Shown here: positions 27,695-37,390 of the stretch, in pieces
Layout: the number at the start of each line of letters is the position of its first letter
How positions within the stretch are numbered: position 1 is the stretch's first letter
IMG/VR virus record: IMGVR_UViG_3300025168_000083
Span: 1-62,786 of that record
DNA: 62,786 bases
Strand: one strand, 5' to 3'
Origin: a virus
Taxonomy: Duplodnaviria > Caudoviricetes
Notes under the pieces: generated by a model
What the model saw: the letters and a program-made list of their open reading frames with translations, nothing else
Told to the model about the DNA's origin: nothing
Database searches by the model: none
Translations under genes and position numbers: made by a program

Positions 27695-28354
27695 ATGGGT
27701 GTTATATCAAGACTTGATGCTGTAAATCATATGTTATTAATGGCAGGAGAATCTCTCGTTTCCGATCTTGAAGGAAACAGTGGTATGGATACAGAGATAG
27801 CTGAGTTTATTCTAGACGAATTTACTAGAGACTTTCAGCTGCGAGGTATTGCTAACAATGCTTATTGTCGTAAGGAAACACTTACGACAAAGGGTAGACT
27901 TAGGTTGCCTGCGAATACAATCTCAGCTGAACTTACTTCCTACCATACAAATGATGATGGATGGAAGTTGGTGGGATTAACTAAGGGAGATCCTGATAAG
28001 TACTTGTTCAACGTTACCGATCAGACCTATGAGTGGGGTACTGGAGAAGAGTACTATATTGAGATTATACATACAATACAATGGGAAGATATGGATACTC
28101 CGGTACAACGAGGCATACTTTCTGCTGCTGCTAGACAGTACCAGATGGTTACTCAGGGAGACGGGGATACAGACATATACCTCCAAGGCCTTGAGGCTCT
28201 TCACATTACGTCAGCCAAAGCTTCTATCTTAGATGACAAGCAAAGAAACATATTTAATTCTGGTACAAGTAAACTTCAGAACATACTTAATAGACGCTTA
28301 GGAACAAACGACCCAACAAGATTTAGATATTGGCGTACAGTAGGAGGAGAATGA
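27695..28354 (+). CDS. Tail tubular protein A (gp11-like)
   Basis: AAGGAG RBS; RLDAVNHMLLMAGE; AARQYQ. Confidence 0.9.
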   Translation: MGVISRLDAVNHMLLMAGESLVSDLEGNSGMDTEIAEFILDEFTRDFQLRGIANNAYCRKETLTTKGRLRLPANTISAELTSYHTNDDGWKLVGLTKGDPDKYLFNVTDQTYEWGTGEEYYIEIIHTIQWEDMDTPVQRGILSAAARQYQMVTQGDGDTDIYLQGLEALHITSAKASILDDKQRNIFNSGTSKLQNILNRRLGTNDPTRFRYWRTVGGE

Positions 28355-31089
28355 TGGCTCAACAGCAACCTTTTAGAGACAAGAGAAGCTCATACTTTCC
28401 AATAAAATTACCCGTTAATACTCTTAGCGGTGGTGTAGGTAGACAAGCTCCTAGTAAAAGATTGCCAAGCGAAGCAGAAGAACTTGTAAACATGTTCTGT
28501 ACTAATGAACGGTCTTTAGATAAACGATCAGCATTTAGACCACTCACAAACTCTACGTATAGTTTTTTAAATATTGACAACCCCGGCGAAAAAGATTTAT
28601 GGTATTATTGGTTTGAAGTAAATGAAGATGCTAACTATTTAATTGTAATTGACTACAAAGCAAGAGATAATAATTCAGAGTTAATGTGGGTATACAAAGT
28701 AAACAACACTTCTTACAATATACAGGCAGTAGAAACTGGAGAAGATATTAACCACGACTGTCGTAGTTACATTACATTTGGTTCTGAACTATCACAAAAT
28801 AAAGCTAAGGATGTTTTAAGAGCTGTTAGTGTGGGGTCTACTATTCTTGTTTTAAACACCTTAGTTTCCGCTGGGTTTACTTCAGATGGGGAAGAAAAAG
28901 TTGTAGGTGGTGAGAACGGTCATTTCTTATATAACTTAGATGGTACTGTTTCAACTACGTCAATAGATAGAGATTTTAAGGGACAGCCCATAGAATACCA
29001 AACTACTCTTGAGGTAGACCCAGAAGGGTTAGCTGAATATTGGACTTCCGCCGACAACTATGTATGGGGTCAAGATGTTATAAGTCCGGTTAATAATAAA
29101 ATATACGCAGTCAAAGATAGTATCACCTCAGGGCAGCTTCCCGGCCCACAGAATGGAGCGGATGGGTATACAAGTGATCCATCGACCGATAATAATACTA
29201 GGTGGGTAGACACAGGAAGAGTGGCTAAGTTTATACCTGTAGAAGAGTACCTTTATCCAGATCCTGACAAACAATACCTTGGTCAATCTGTTGCTAGGTT
29301 TAGTGACCTACGTTTTCCACCAAAAGGAGACGGTACAGTAGCAGGAGCAGGGGATAGTTTCTTACATAATGGCGATGTCCATGTTAGAAATGCATTATAC
29401 GGACTATATCCTTTAGACGGACCTTTAGATGATGCAAGCAGAGGTAAAGGAAAAATAATTTACTTATCTCAAGCCTATCTTTCTAGTTCGCCGGGATGGT
29501 ATAGGGTTATTAACGAACTTAAGAAACCTTACCTTAAGAAGGTACGAACACCAGATAAAATGTCTTTGATAGACGATAGACGAATGCCTATGCAAATATT
29601 TATCTCAAATATTCCTACTGATGAACTTCCTAGTGGTGGGTGGAGAGTAAGAAAAGTTGGTTGGGATCCTAGAACAGCGGGTACTGTTAATAGTAACCCC
29701 GGACCCTCGCCTTTTAAAGATCAAAACGGCAAGGCTGTACAAAAACAACTAAAGGCTATTTCTTTTTATAGGGATAGATTATTTTTATCAACAGATGATA
29801 CACTGTTTTCTAGTAGACTTGGTGATTTTGATAACTTCTTTATATCAGACCCAGCTACCGTAGAGTTCAGAGACCCAATCGATCTAAAGGTATCCTCTAA
29901 TAAGTATACTCCAATTACATATCTCCTCCCCTATAGAGACTTCCTATTCTTGGCTACCTCTGGAGAAACGCAATATGAATTAATGGGATCTGAGAATCAA
30001 ATCTCTCCCTTATCAGCAGAAATTGCTCCAACCTCATTCTATCCTATGAGTTCGACAATTTCCCCAATGCTTTTAAATAATAATCTATTCTTTTATGCAA
30101 ACAACAGGCTTTATATTTATTTTGGAAGTACAACTGACTCCCCTCAACAAGCATTTGAAGTGTCACGGCCAGCCCCTAATTATTTGCCAGCAGAATTCTA
30201 TGCAGTAACAGCTTCAGCAGCACATAATACCTTGTTTGTTGTTGAACAATCAACAGAAGGCTATCCTACAAACAATATCTTTTGTTTTAGAAATGTTATT
30301 TCGCAAGAGTCTATACTACAAAATGCTTTCTTTAAATACGAAACATCTACAGGTCCAATAGAATCTATAAACTCTATTGGTGATTTTGTCTTTACCGTAT
30401 CTTTAGAAGAAACAGAGTCAGGATCAAAGCTAGCTTTACACAAAATGAATATGTATCCTGATAAAGTAGACATACCTAGATTAGATAGGCTACAAATAAA
30501 AACATTTACTTCTTCTTTTAACAACGATCAAAACGAAAGTGTGTTATCTTTTTCTGGAAGCACAGTAGAAAGTTGGAATCAAGGTGTAATATACGAAGGA
30601 GAGCGACAGGGGGATATTGTATCTTTAAATTTTAAAGGATATGACTTAGAGAATCCCGGAAAAATTCTGTATGCGGCAAGTGGTGATTGGTCTAATACCT
30701 CTGTAATGTGGATAGGTACAACCTATAATGCTAAGGCTACTTTATCCCCTTTATATATGAGAGATGAAGCTAACAATGTAATACCGGGATCTTTAAATTT
30801 ACGGTACGGTGTTTTTAGGCATTTTAATACAGGTCAGTATAACGTAAGTATTACAAGAAAAAATAGAGATCCTATAATCTACACATTTAATCCAAGACTT
30901 TTAGGATCAGTCGATGCTAACTATGGTTCTCCCGTTACCGAAGAAAACGGAACATTTAAATTTAGTATTTTAGGATTTTCAGATGACATAACTGTTGAGT
31001 TAAGTTCTGAGTTTCCACATGCAATGAATATAACTAACATGGAATTTACTGGTAAATTTAAGAGGCTTCCGCACTTCTTAACTTCTTAG
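28354..31089 (+). CDS. Tail tubular protein B (gp12-like)
   Basis: LSGGVGRQAP, FYRDRLF, DPIDL; length and position. Confidence 0.92.
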   Translation: MAQQQPFRDKRSSYFPIKLPVNTLSGGVGRQAPSKRLPSEAEELVNMFCTNERSLDKRSAFRPLTNSTYSFLNIDNPGEKDLWYYWFEVNEDANYLIVIDYKARDNNSELMWVYKVNNTSYNIQAVETGEDINHDCRSYITFGSELSQNKAKDVLRAVSVGSTILVLNTLVSAGFTSDGEEKVVGGENGHFLYNLDGTVSTTSIDRDFKGQPIEYQTTLEVDPEGLAEYWTSADNYVWGQDVISPVNNKIYAVKDSITSGQLPGPQNGADGYTSDPSTDNNTRWVDTGRVAKFIPVEEYLYPDPDKQYLGQSVARFSDLRFPPKGDGTVAGAGDSFLHNGDVHVRNALYGLYPLDGPLDDASRGKGKIIYLSQAYLSSSPGWYRVINELKKPYLKKVRTPDKMSLIDDRRMPMQIFISNIPTDELPSGGWRVRKVGWDPRTAGTVNSNPGPSPFKDQNGKAVQKQLKAISFYRDRLFLSTDDTLFSSRLGDFDNFFISDPATVEFRDPIDLKVSSNKYTPITYLLPYRDFLFLATSGETQYELMGSENQISPLSAEIAPTSFYPMSSTISPMLLNNNLFFYANNRLYIYFGSTTDSPQQAFEVSRPAPNYLPAEFYAVTASAAHNTLFVVEQSTEGYPTNNIFCFRNVISQESILQNAFFKYETSTGPIESINSIGDFVFTVSLEETESGSKLALHKMNMYPDKVDIPRLDRLQIKTFTSSFNNDQNESVLSFSGSTVESWNQGVIYEGERQGDIVSLNFKGYDLENPGKILYAASGDWSNTSVMWIGTTYNAKATLSPLYMRDEANNVIPGSLNLRYGVFRHFNTGQYNVSITRKNRDPIIYTFNPRLLGSVDANYGSPVTEENGTFKFSILGFSDDITVELSSEFPHAMNITNMEFTGKFKRLPHFLTS

Positions 31090-31102
31090 AGGAGATCAAC
31101 TC

Positions 31103-34100
31103 GTGGCGTACAACAACAACTCAAACAAGTCTACGTTTGTTAAAAAAACTGGGCAAGAAGTAATCAACAACGATTACAAAATAAATTACAGTAGTTTAAT
31201 AAACCCTGACGATAGACTTAGTTCCTCGGTTAATGATCAGGATGAAATAGTAGTTGTTCGAAAGTTTGACTCAAGTACTATTGCTGATGGTCAGTACACC
31301 CACAATTCTTATCCAGTATTAGCAACTGAGGCGTGGTCTGCATGGACCCTTCCAAACACTAATAGTAGCGGAAGTTCTATGTATACACTTAATAGTGTAT
31401 CAAAAGAAATTACATTTAAGACCACTACCAGTTCTGGAGAATATGATTGGACTACTCTACAAAGCGGAAGAGAAGCGGTAATAACTTTACCAACACTTTC
31501 TTCTTCAGATACAATATATGTTTTGCGGAAAACATACGGACTTACAAAACTTGTAGAGTTTACCAGTGGCTCTAGAATAAACGCCGACAACTTAAATTAC
31601 ATTATAGACCAATTGCTCTTCCTTGTACAAGAAGGTACAGACATGATGTACAATCTTCAAGAGTGGAGCCCTATGATCGGCCAGCCAAACGGCTTAGTTA
31701 CATTAGACGCAACAGGATCTATTCCAAACTCCTACACAAACGTTTTGGCTGAAGATGGGATTCAAGGTACAGGACTTTCGACGGATAAGATTAGATTGAA
31801 TCTGGCGGATGATTCCTTAGCGATCTCAGGCGAAGCTGTTAAGGTAAGTGTCGTAGATTCTTTAGTCAGTACTTCTGTAACACAACCACTTTCTGCAAAT
31901 CAAGGCAAGACTCTTAAGGGGGAGATTGATGCACTAAGTGCAGGTGTTGTCTATAGAGGAGTTATTGACTTACATCCAAACGGAGCAAGTACAGCAGCTC
32001 CAACAAGCCCAGTAGCTGGGGATACCCACGATATTATTAGATCATCTGGTAGCGGTGCATTTACAATGACTAATTTTAACAACCTAAGCTTAGAAGCTGG
32101 AGATATCATTCGATACTCTGGTTCTTCTTGGGTAAAAACAGCACAAGCTTCTACTCTTAGATCTGACGGTACTGTTGGATTATCGGCTGACTGGAACGCT
32201 GGCACACACTCTATTACAGCTAAGACAGAAGATGCTACAGAGAGTAGTGCCAAGCTAGCTAGTACAGCTTTTGTCAAGAGTGTGGATCTTGCTGACTTTG
32301 CTGATGTTACTGATTATGGATCGGGTACGAATACTCATGTATTAAAAAGAGTATCAGGTGCTTGGGTAAGCACTAGCGTCGGTGATGCATCAAATGGATT
32401 CTCTCTTCATGATCTTAAAGATGTACATACAGCAGCAAGTGATGGACAATTCCTTAAGTGGAACAATGCAGACAGTAGATGGGAGGGTGCATCAACGGGT
32501 GCTTCTGCTAAGATTGCAGAACCAGCATCGGGTACAGCTGATGGTGCAACCGACGACCAGTCAAGTGTATCTACTGTTTTAAATGCAGTAGGTATAGTAG
32601 GAGGAACTAATTCAACATCTAGTATATTTGGATCAGCTGATCTATTAGGAAGACATTATGCTGTTAATAGTAAAGTAGAAACTTTTACTAAAAACGATGT
32701 TCAATGGAGACACGGAAAATTAAACTGGACAAAGGCAGACTCAGATGGAACGGCTGCTAATGGTACGTTGTTAGGCTGCCCGACAGAAACCAACGTTTCT
32801 ACGTTTCTTGCTTCCCCAAGTGTAACTACCGGCGACTACAATATTACGTTAGGAAGCGGTACTAATTTCGCTAAGGGTGATTTAATTCAAATCTTCACTA
32901 CTAGCGATAGTAGTAGTAATAATGTATTAGGGCTCAGGAATGGAAAGGTCCATCAATTTGAACTACATTATATTGAAACCATATCAGGAGCAGAAGTACG
33001 GCTAAGAGATCCACTTTTACATGACTACACGCACGGAAGTGACGCTACCCATACTACTATTAAGAAACTAGGAAGTGCTTCTAATGCTACACAACAACCC
33101 CACGATATAATTCTTGAGGACTTAGTATTTGAAGATACTCTTCATAAGTGGGAAACCGTAACAAACAGTTCAATAAGTTTTAACGAGGGATCATTTGGAT
33201 CTCAGGTAATTAAAACAGCGTGGGCAAGTAATGGAGTTGCTGATAACGCAAAGGTAACGTTTACAGGCTTAATGGTAGATGACGATAATACTGAAAGTAA
33301 GTGGACTGTTGGGGCTGTCCCAGAATGGGATTGGTTAAACGGTAAAACTATGCCTGTAACTTTTGACAAAGGTGTAGCCACTCTTACGGCAAGTGACGGA
33401 GACGCTGCCGTTACAACAGGAGCAGTAGGCACTACGTCTGATGAAATAACTTTAATATCTACAGACGGCACACAACGAAAATATTTTATTACCGATACAG
33501 CTGCTGGCGGTGTAGCTACTGGAACAGTTTTAGCCGAAGGATCTGACATAGGTTCAACTACTGCTGGAGCAGGTAACGTAGGTAAGATTGCAGTGGGTAT
33601 TAATACGACCGGCGGAAGCATTGCTACACAGAATGCTTTACTCATTCAACTTAAGGCTGCTATTGAACACGCTAATGGTCATAACGGTAAGATTATAGTT
33701 AGTGCTGTTCCCACTGAAGCTGATGGTACTCAAGCTATTACTATAACTCAAGCAGTAGGTGGAGACGCGGGTAATACTACTATTACTGAAACTCTGGATG
33801 ACGTTTCTAAGTCTGGCTCTACCTTTACCGGAGGAGTATCAAACGCCTTTAACGCTAGTTTTATAGGAAACGGAGCGGGCGCATTTAGAGCTGGTGCTAC
33901 GGGACAAGCAGACAATACAGGCACAATTTTAGGTATACTCGGTGCTAGCGTAGGTGTACACATTGAAAATGGATATCGTATTTCATTTAAACGTTGTAGA
34001 TTTAAGGGGTTTGGTCTGGGTCAAGTTAAGCTTACTGGATGTCGAGACGTATCATTCAATGACTGTTTGTTTGAAGACATGAAGTGGACTGGAACTGAAG

Positions 34101-35989
34101 GTAACGCAGTAGTATTAAAGAACTGTGCTGACATTTCTTTTAAAAACTGCACCTTTAGGAATGTAAGTCACGGGATTGCTTATGACGGAGCGGCTGGGTA
34201 TACAGCAGTCTCAGGACTTACTATTGATAGTTGTAAGTTTAGAGGAGTTACGTCTGGTGTAAGGGATATAAATAACGGAGTTTGTTGGGATGTAAACGTA
34301 ATGAATACTTCGGTCGACTGCGTAGCCTTTAACCCATATAGAAACTACCCAATTGCTGACGAGGTTGTTTCATACCCCACAACTGGGATGAAGTTGGTGG
34401 GATTAAAGATTAATGTGGATAATTTTGTATGCGATAGTAGAACAAAATGGTCAGAAGTAGCTCCTACTGAAACAAGTGCATCAGAAAAACAAACAGATTA
34501 CTATGGTACTGGGAAGGGGTGGTCTACAAGATGGACTGCAAATAGCTATAACAACTTTGCAGGAAACTCTATCTCAGGAAGAAGACACCCTAGCACAGCA
34601 TTTGGTTTAAAGGTAGTAACTTTTGGTAGGTTTGACTTAGTAACCAAAGAAGGAGAGGAATTGTGGGTAAATTATAACGCATTAAACCCAGAATTAAACT
34701 CTTGCCAAGCTGTAAAAATTACAAACAGTGTTATAGATGCTTGGTTGTGCGGTATTCATATAAGTACAGAAGTGGGTCTGGGAACCGGGCCTACTGATTA
34801 CGCTAATCAAAACATAACGCAAGGTATAAAAATCTCAGAAAACAAACTACAAAGTATGTGCAATGCTTTAACAGTGTATGGAGGTAAAGATACTAATGCG
34901 GGCGTAGAAAATATGGAAATATCAAATAACTTTATAGAGATTAGTAAATCAGGAACATTAGCTCGTTTTCCCGGCGTGAGGAAGTTACAAGCATTAACAG
35001 GAACTAGCAGAGCTGGGAATGTAGTTAATTGCGCCTTGCCTTCTGAGTTTGCTGAAGGGCCAGCAACCCCTCAATACCCACACTGTATAAGAATTTGGTG
35101 TGATATAAAAGGAGACTTTACTGAACCTGATGAAAGTGGAGCTAGGTTAGTTAGAAACGATAACATTAAAATATCAGACAACCAAATGGTTACTTGGTCA
35201 TTGGCCCCGCTTTCGGTAAAAAGCGAAGAACATGAAACAGGTTTAATAAGAATGCAAGGAATGTCTTTCACCTCAGCAAACGCTACGACTAACAGAGAAT
35301 TAATAGTACCACATAGCGGTCTGTTTATTATTTGGGGAGCTAAAGCTGGAGGAGAAGCCTTCATGCACTTTAAAACTTTTGGAGCTAGGCCGTTGTGGAG
35401 TGACCATAGAAAGAAAGTAAATAATACTAATAATTGTCAGGTTGTGAGTAATACGTTTAACGCGAAAGCACACGGAAACAGAAGACACCAAGGAAGTATG
35501 TTCTTTCAACAGTTTGGTCCATTTGTAAAGGGATTGACAGCAAGTCACGATACTTTTTATCAATCCACTTTTTATAGGCAGTCGGGTAGTTACAACCCTT
35601 TGGGTAATTCTATTATTACCAAGAATATCTCAATGCATCACAGGGGATATTTTGGATCCGATGCGGTTGATGGTTTCTACGCAGGTAATGAGCCTGTAGT
35701 AACTGTAGGGGCTGCTAAAACTGTGTACTTAGATACTGTAGAATATATTAACTCAGAAAACCCCCAAGATGGACCATATTTTCAGCAGAATTTAGGGTGG
35801 TCTTACAACAGAGGCGGTGACAATAGTAGCAGTAATAACGGTAGTTATGCCTCGTATAATGCGTTAAGAGATTATTTTCACGGTAATTGGTGTGGAGATA
35901 ATAATACAATACTGAGTGAGTATTATGCTACTTATCATAATGATAGTGCTTATTATCATGCCGCTAATGTAGTTACACCCATAGATTAG
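31103..35989 (+). CDS. Tail fibre / tailspike with parallel beta-helix region, 1628 aa
   Basis: gp17-like N-terminus (EFTSGSRINADNLN); repeats ISFKRCRF, VSFNDCLF, ISFKNCTF, LTIDSCKF. Confidence 0.85.
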   Translation: MAYNNNSNKSTFVKKTGQEVINNDYKINYSSLINPDDRLSSSVNDQDEIVVVRKFDSSTIADGQYTHNSYPVLATEAWSAWTLPNTNSSGSSMYTLNSVSKEITFKTTTSSGEYDWTTLQSGREAVITLPTLSSSDTIYVLRKTYGLTKLVEFTSGSRINADNLNYIIDQLLFLVQEGTDMMYNLQEWSPMIGQPNGLVTLDATGSIPNSYTNVLAEDGIQGTGLSTDKIRLNLADDSLAISGEAVKVSVVDSLVSTSVTQPLSANQGKTLKGEIDALSAGVVYRGVIDLHPNGASTAAPTSPVAGDTHDIIRSSGSGAFTMTNFNNLSLEAGDIIRYSGSSWVKTAQASTLRSDGTVGLSADWNAGTHSITAKTEDATESSAKLASTAFVKSVDLADFADVTDYGSGTNTHVLKRVSGAWVSTSVGDASNGFSLHDLKDVHTAASDGQFLKWNNADSRWEGASTGASAKIAEPASGTADGATDDQSSVSTVLNAVGIVGGTNSTSSIFGSADLLGRHYAVNSKVETFTKNDVQWRHGKLNWTKADSDGTAANGTLLGCPTETNVSTFLASPSVTTGDYNITLGSGTNFAKGDLIQIFTTSDSSSNNVLGLRNGKVHQFELHYIETISGAEVRLRDPLLHDYTHGSDATHTTIKKLGSASNATQQPHDIILEDLVFEDTLHKWETVTNSSISFNEGSFGSQVIKTAWASNGVADNAKVTFTGLMVDDDNTESKWTVGAVPEWDWLNGKTMPVTFDKGVATLTASDGDAAVTTGAVGTTSDEITLISTDGTQRKYFITDTAAGGVATGTVLAEGSDIGSTTAGAGNVGKIAVGINTTGGSIATQNALLIQLKAAIEHANGHNGKIIVSAVPTEADGTQAITITQAVGGDAGNTTITETLDDVSKSGSTFTGGVSNAFNASFIGNGAGAFRAGATGQADNTGTILGILGASVGVHIENGYRISFKRCRFKGFGLGQVKLTGCRDVSFNDCLFEDMKWTGTEGNAVVLKNCADISFKNCTFRNVSHGIAYDGAAGYTAVSGLTIDSCKFRGVTSGVRDINNGVCWDVNVMNTSVDCVAFNPYRNYPIADEVVSYPTTGMKLVGLKINVDNFVCDSRTKWSEVAPTETSASEKQTDYYGTGKGWSTRWTANSYNNFAGNSISGRRHPSTAFGLKVVTFGRFDLVTKEGEELWVNYNALNPELNSCQAVKITNSVIDAWLCGIHISTEVGLGTGPTDYANQNITQGIKISENKLQSMCNALTVYGGKDTNAGVENMEISNNFIEISKSGTLARFPGVRKLQALTGTSRAGNVVNCALPSEFAEGPATPQYPHCIRIWCDIKGDFTEPDESGARLVRNDNIKISDNQMVTWSLAPLSVKSEEHETGLIRMQGMSFTSANATTNRELIVPHSGLFIIWGAKAGGEAFMHFKTFGARPLWSDHRKKVNNTNNCQVVSNTFNAKAHGNRRHQGSMFFQQFGPFVKGLTASHDTFYQSTFYRQSGSYNPLGNSIITKNISMHHRGYFGSDAVDGFYAGNEPVVTVGAAKTVYLDTVEYINSENPQDGPYFQQNLGWSYNRGGDNSSSNNGSYASYNALRDYFHGNWCGDNNTILSEYYATYHNDSAYYHAANVVTPID

Positions 35990-36003
35990 AAAGAGCGTAT
36001 ACT

Positions 36004-36222
36004 ATGAATGAAAAGAAAATAAACAAACTAAACGAGTTTCTTTTAGACGCTCTATTAGCGGATCTCAATGATCCACAAAAATGTACACCCGGATTATATC
36101 AAGTAATCCGTGGTTATTTAAATGACAACGGAGAGTTGTTAGATAGTATACCTAAGGATGCTTTGAATTCCTTAGAATATAAACTTGCGGATAGTATCCC
36201 ATTTAAGAAGGAGGCCTCATAA
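36004..36222 (+). CDS. Terminase small subunit (gp18-like)
   Basis: CTPGLYQVIRGYLNDNG...IPF; position. Confidence 0.7.
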   Translation: MNEKKINKLNEFLLDALLADLNDPQKCTPGLYQVIRGYLNDNGELLDSIPKDALNSLEYKLADSIPFKKEAS

Positions 36223-36449
36223 TGGCATCATATGGATCAGTTAGTGGTGGTAGTGGTAAGAAGCCAAAGGGTAAGGGAAAGCCTAAGCCTAATAATAAAC
36301 CGTCAAAGGGTAAGGGTAAGTCAGTTAGTATTAGCCGACGTAAGATGACAGCAGGTGCAACATATGGGGTGAAGGCTACAGCAAGCTCTACTGATAAGAA
36401 GAAGGACAAGAAGAAGCTCGTTAAGAGTAAGGCTAAGCGACCAAAGTAG
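36222..36449 (+). CDS. Lys-rich basic microprotein
   Basis: GGAGG RBS; TAATG coupling. Confidence 0.65.
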   Translation: MASYGSVSGGSGKKPKGKGKPKPNNKPSKGKGKSVSISRRKMTAGATYGVKATASSTDKKKDKKKLVKSKAKRPK

Positions 36450-36467
36450 TTTATAAAGGGGATTCCA

Positions 36468-36758
36468 ATGGCAAAGAAAAAAGGCTCTATGGAGGGTCAT
36501 ACAATCGGCGGTGGTCAAAAACGCCCTACAAAAAAGGGTGCTGGTATGACCAAGAAGGGAATTAAGAAATACCGTAAGGATAACCCCGGCAGTAAGCTAA
36601 AGGGTGCAGTTACTGGTAAGGTAAAGAAGGGCAGCAAGGCGGCCAAGAGACGTAAGTCTTACTGTGCTCGTAGTGCTGGTCAAATGAAGAAGTTCCCCAA
36701 GGCTGCTAAGGATCCTGATTCACGGCTGCGACAAGCTCGCAAGAGATGGAAGTGTTGA
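36468..36758 (+). CDS. Basic small protein (RRKSYCARS...RWKC type)
   Basis: NPGSKLK, RRKSYCARSAGQMK, RQARKRWKC; familiar from environmental phages. Confidence 0.8.
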   Translation: MAKKKGSMEGHTIGGGQKRPTKKGAGMTKKGIKKYRKDNPGSKLKGAVTGKVKKGSKAAKRRKSYCARSAGQMKKFPKAAKDPDSRLRQARKRWKC

Positions 36759-36760
36759 TC

Positions 36761-36916
36761 ATGGCTAAGAAAAAGAAAGCTAAACGAGACGCTTGTTACA
36801 GCAAGGTTAAAAGTAGATACACAAAATGGCCCTCCGCTTATGCTTCTGGTGCTTTAGTTAAGTGCCGCAAGGTGGGAGCTAAAAACTGGGGGAATAAATC
36901 AAGGAAGAAAAAGTAA
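36761..36916 (+). CDS. Basic microprotein, 51 aa (not in the ORF track)
   Basis: MAKKKKAKRDACYSKVKSRYTKWPSAYASGALVKCRKVG... Confidence 0.8.
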   Translation: MAKKKKAKRDACYSKVKSRYTKWPSAYASGALVKCRKVGAKNWGNKSRKKK

Positions 36917-37053
36917 TGGCTAAAAAGAAAACATTCAAAGCACATATGATGTACTCAAAGTCCGGTAAGGGTAAGAAGGCCAATACATACGGAGAACACC
37001 TTGCTCTAAAGAAGAAGGGGTATGGTCACACGAAACCCAAGGGTAAGAAGTAA
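36916..37053 (+). CDS. Basic microprotein, 45 aa (not in the ORF track)
   Basis: MAKKKTFKAHMMY...HLALKKKGYGH; TAATG overlaps at both ends. Confidence 0.75.
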   Translation: MAKKKTFKAHMMYSKSGKGKKANTYGEHLALKKKGYGHTKPKGKK

Positions 37054-37271
37054 TGGCTAAGAAAGAGGGACTAAAGAAATGGTTTAGTCGTAATAATGGT
37101 AAGGGGTGGATTGACTGCAAGACAGGCAAGCCCTGTGGTCGTAAGTCTGCAAAGGGTGGGAGCAAGCGTCCTTACCCTGCCTGCCGTCCTACAAAATCTC
37201 AGTGCAACTCTTCTGCTAAACAAAAGACAGGTCCAAAGAGAGTTAGCTGGTCTAAGAAAAAGGGAAAGTAA
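37053..37271 (+). CDS. Basic Cys-containing microprotein, 72 aa
   Basis: LKKWF..WIDCKTGKPCGR..YPACRP. Confidence 0.8.
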   Translation: MAKKEGLKKWFSRNNGKGWIDCKTGKPCGRKSAKGGSKRPYPACRPTKSQCNSSAKQKTGPKRVSWSKKKGK

Positions 37272-37390
37272 TGGCTCACAAGAAATTTAAATGTGCGTGC
37301 GGAACTACCGACCGAAAGACTGGTAAGGATGCTGAGAAGATCATGTTCAGTAAACAAAAAAAGAAACCTGCTAAGCGGAGACGTAAATGA
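37271..37390 (+). CDS. Basic microprotein, 39 aa (not in the ORF track)
   Basis: MAHKKFKCACGTT...; TAATG and ATGA overlaps. Confidence 0.65.
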   Translation: MAHKKFKCACGTTDRKTGKDAEKIMFSKQKKKPAKRRRK

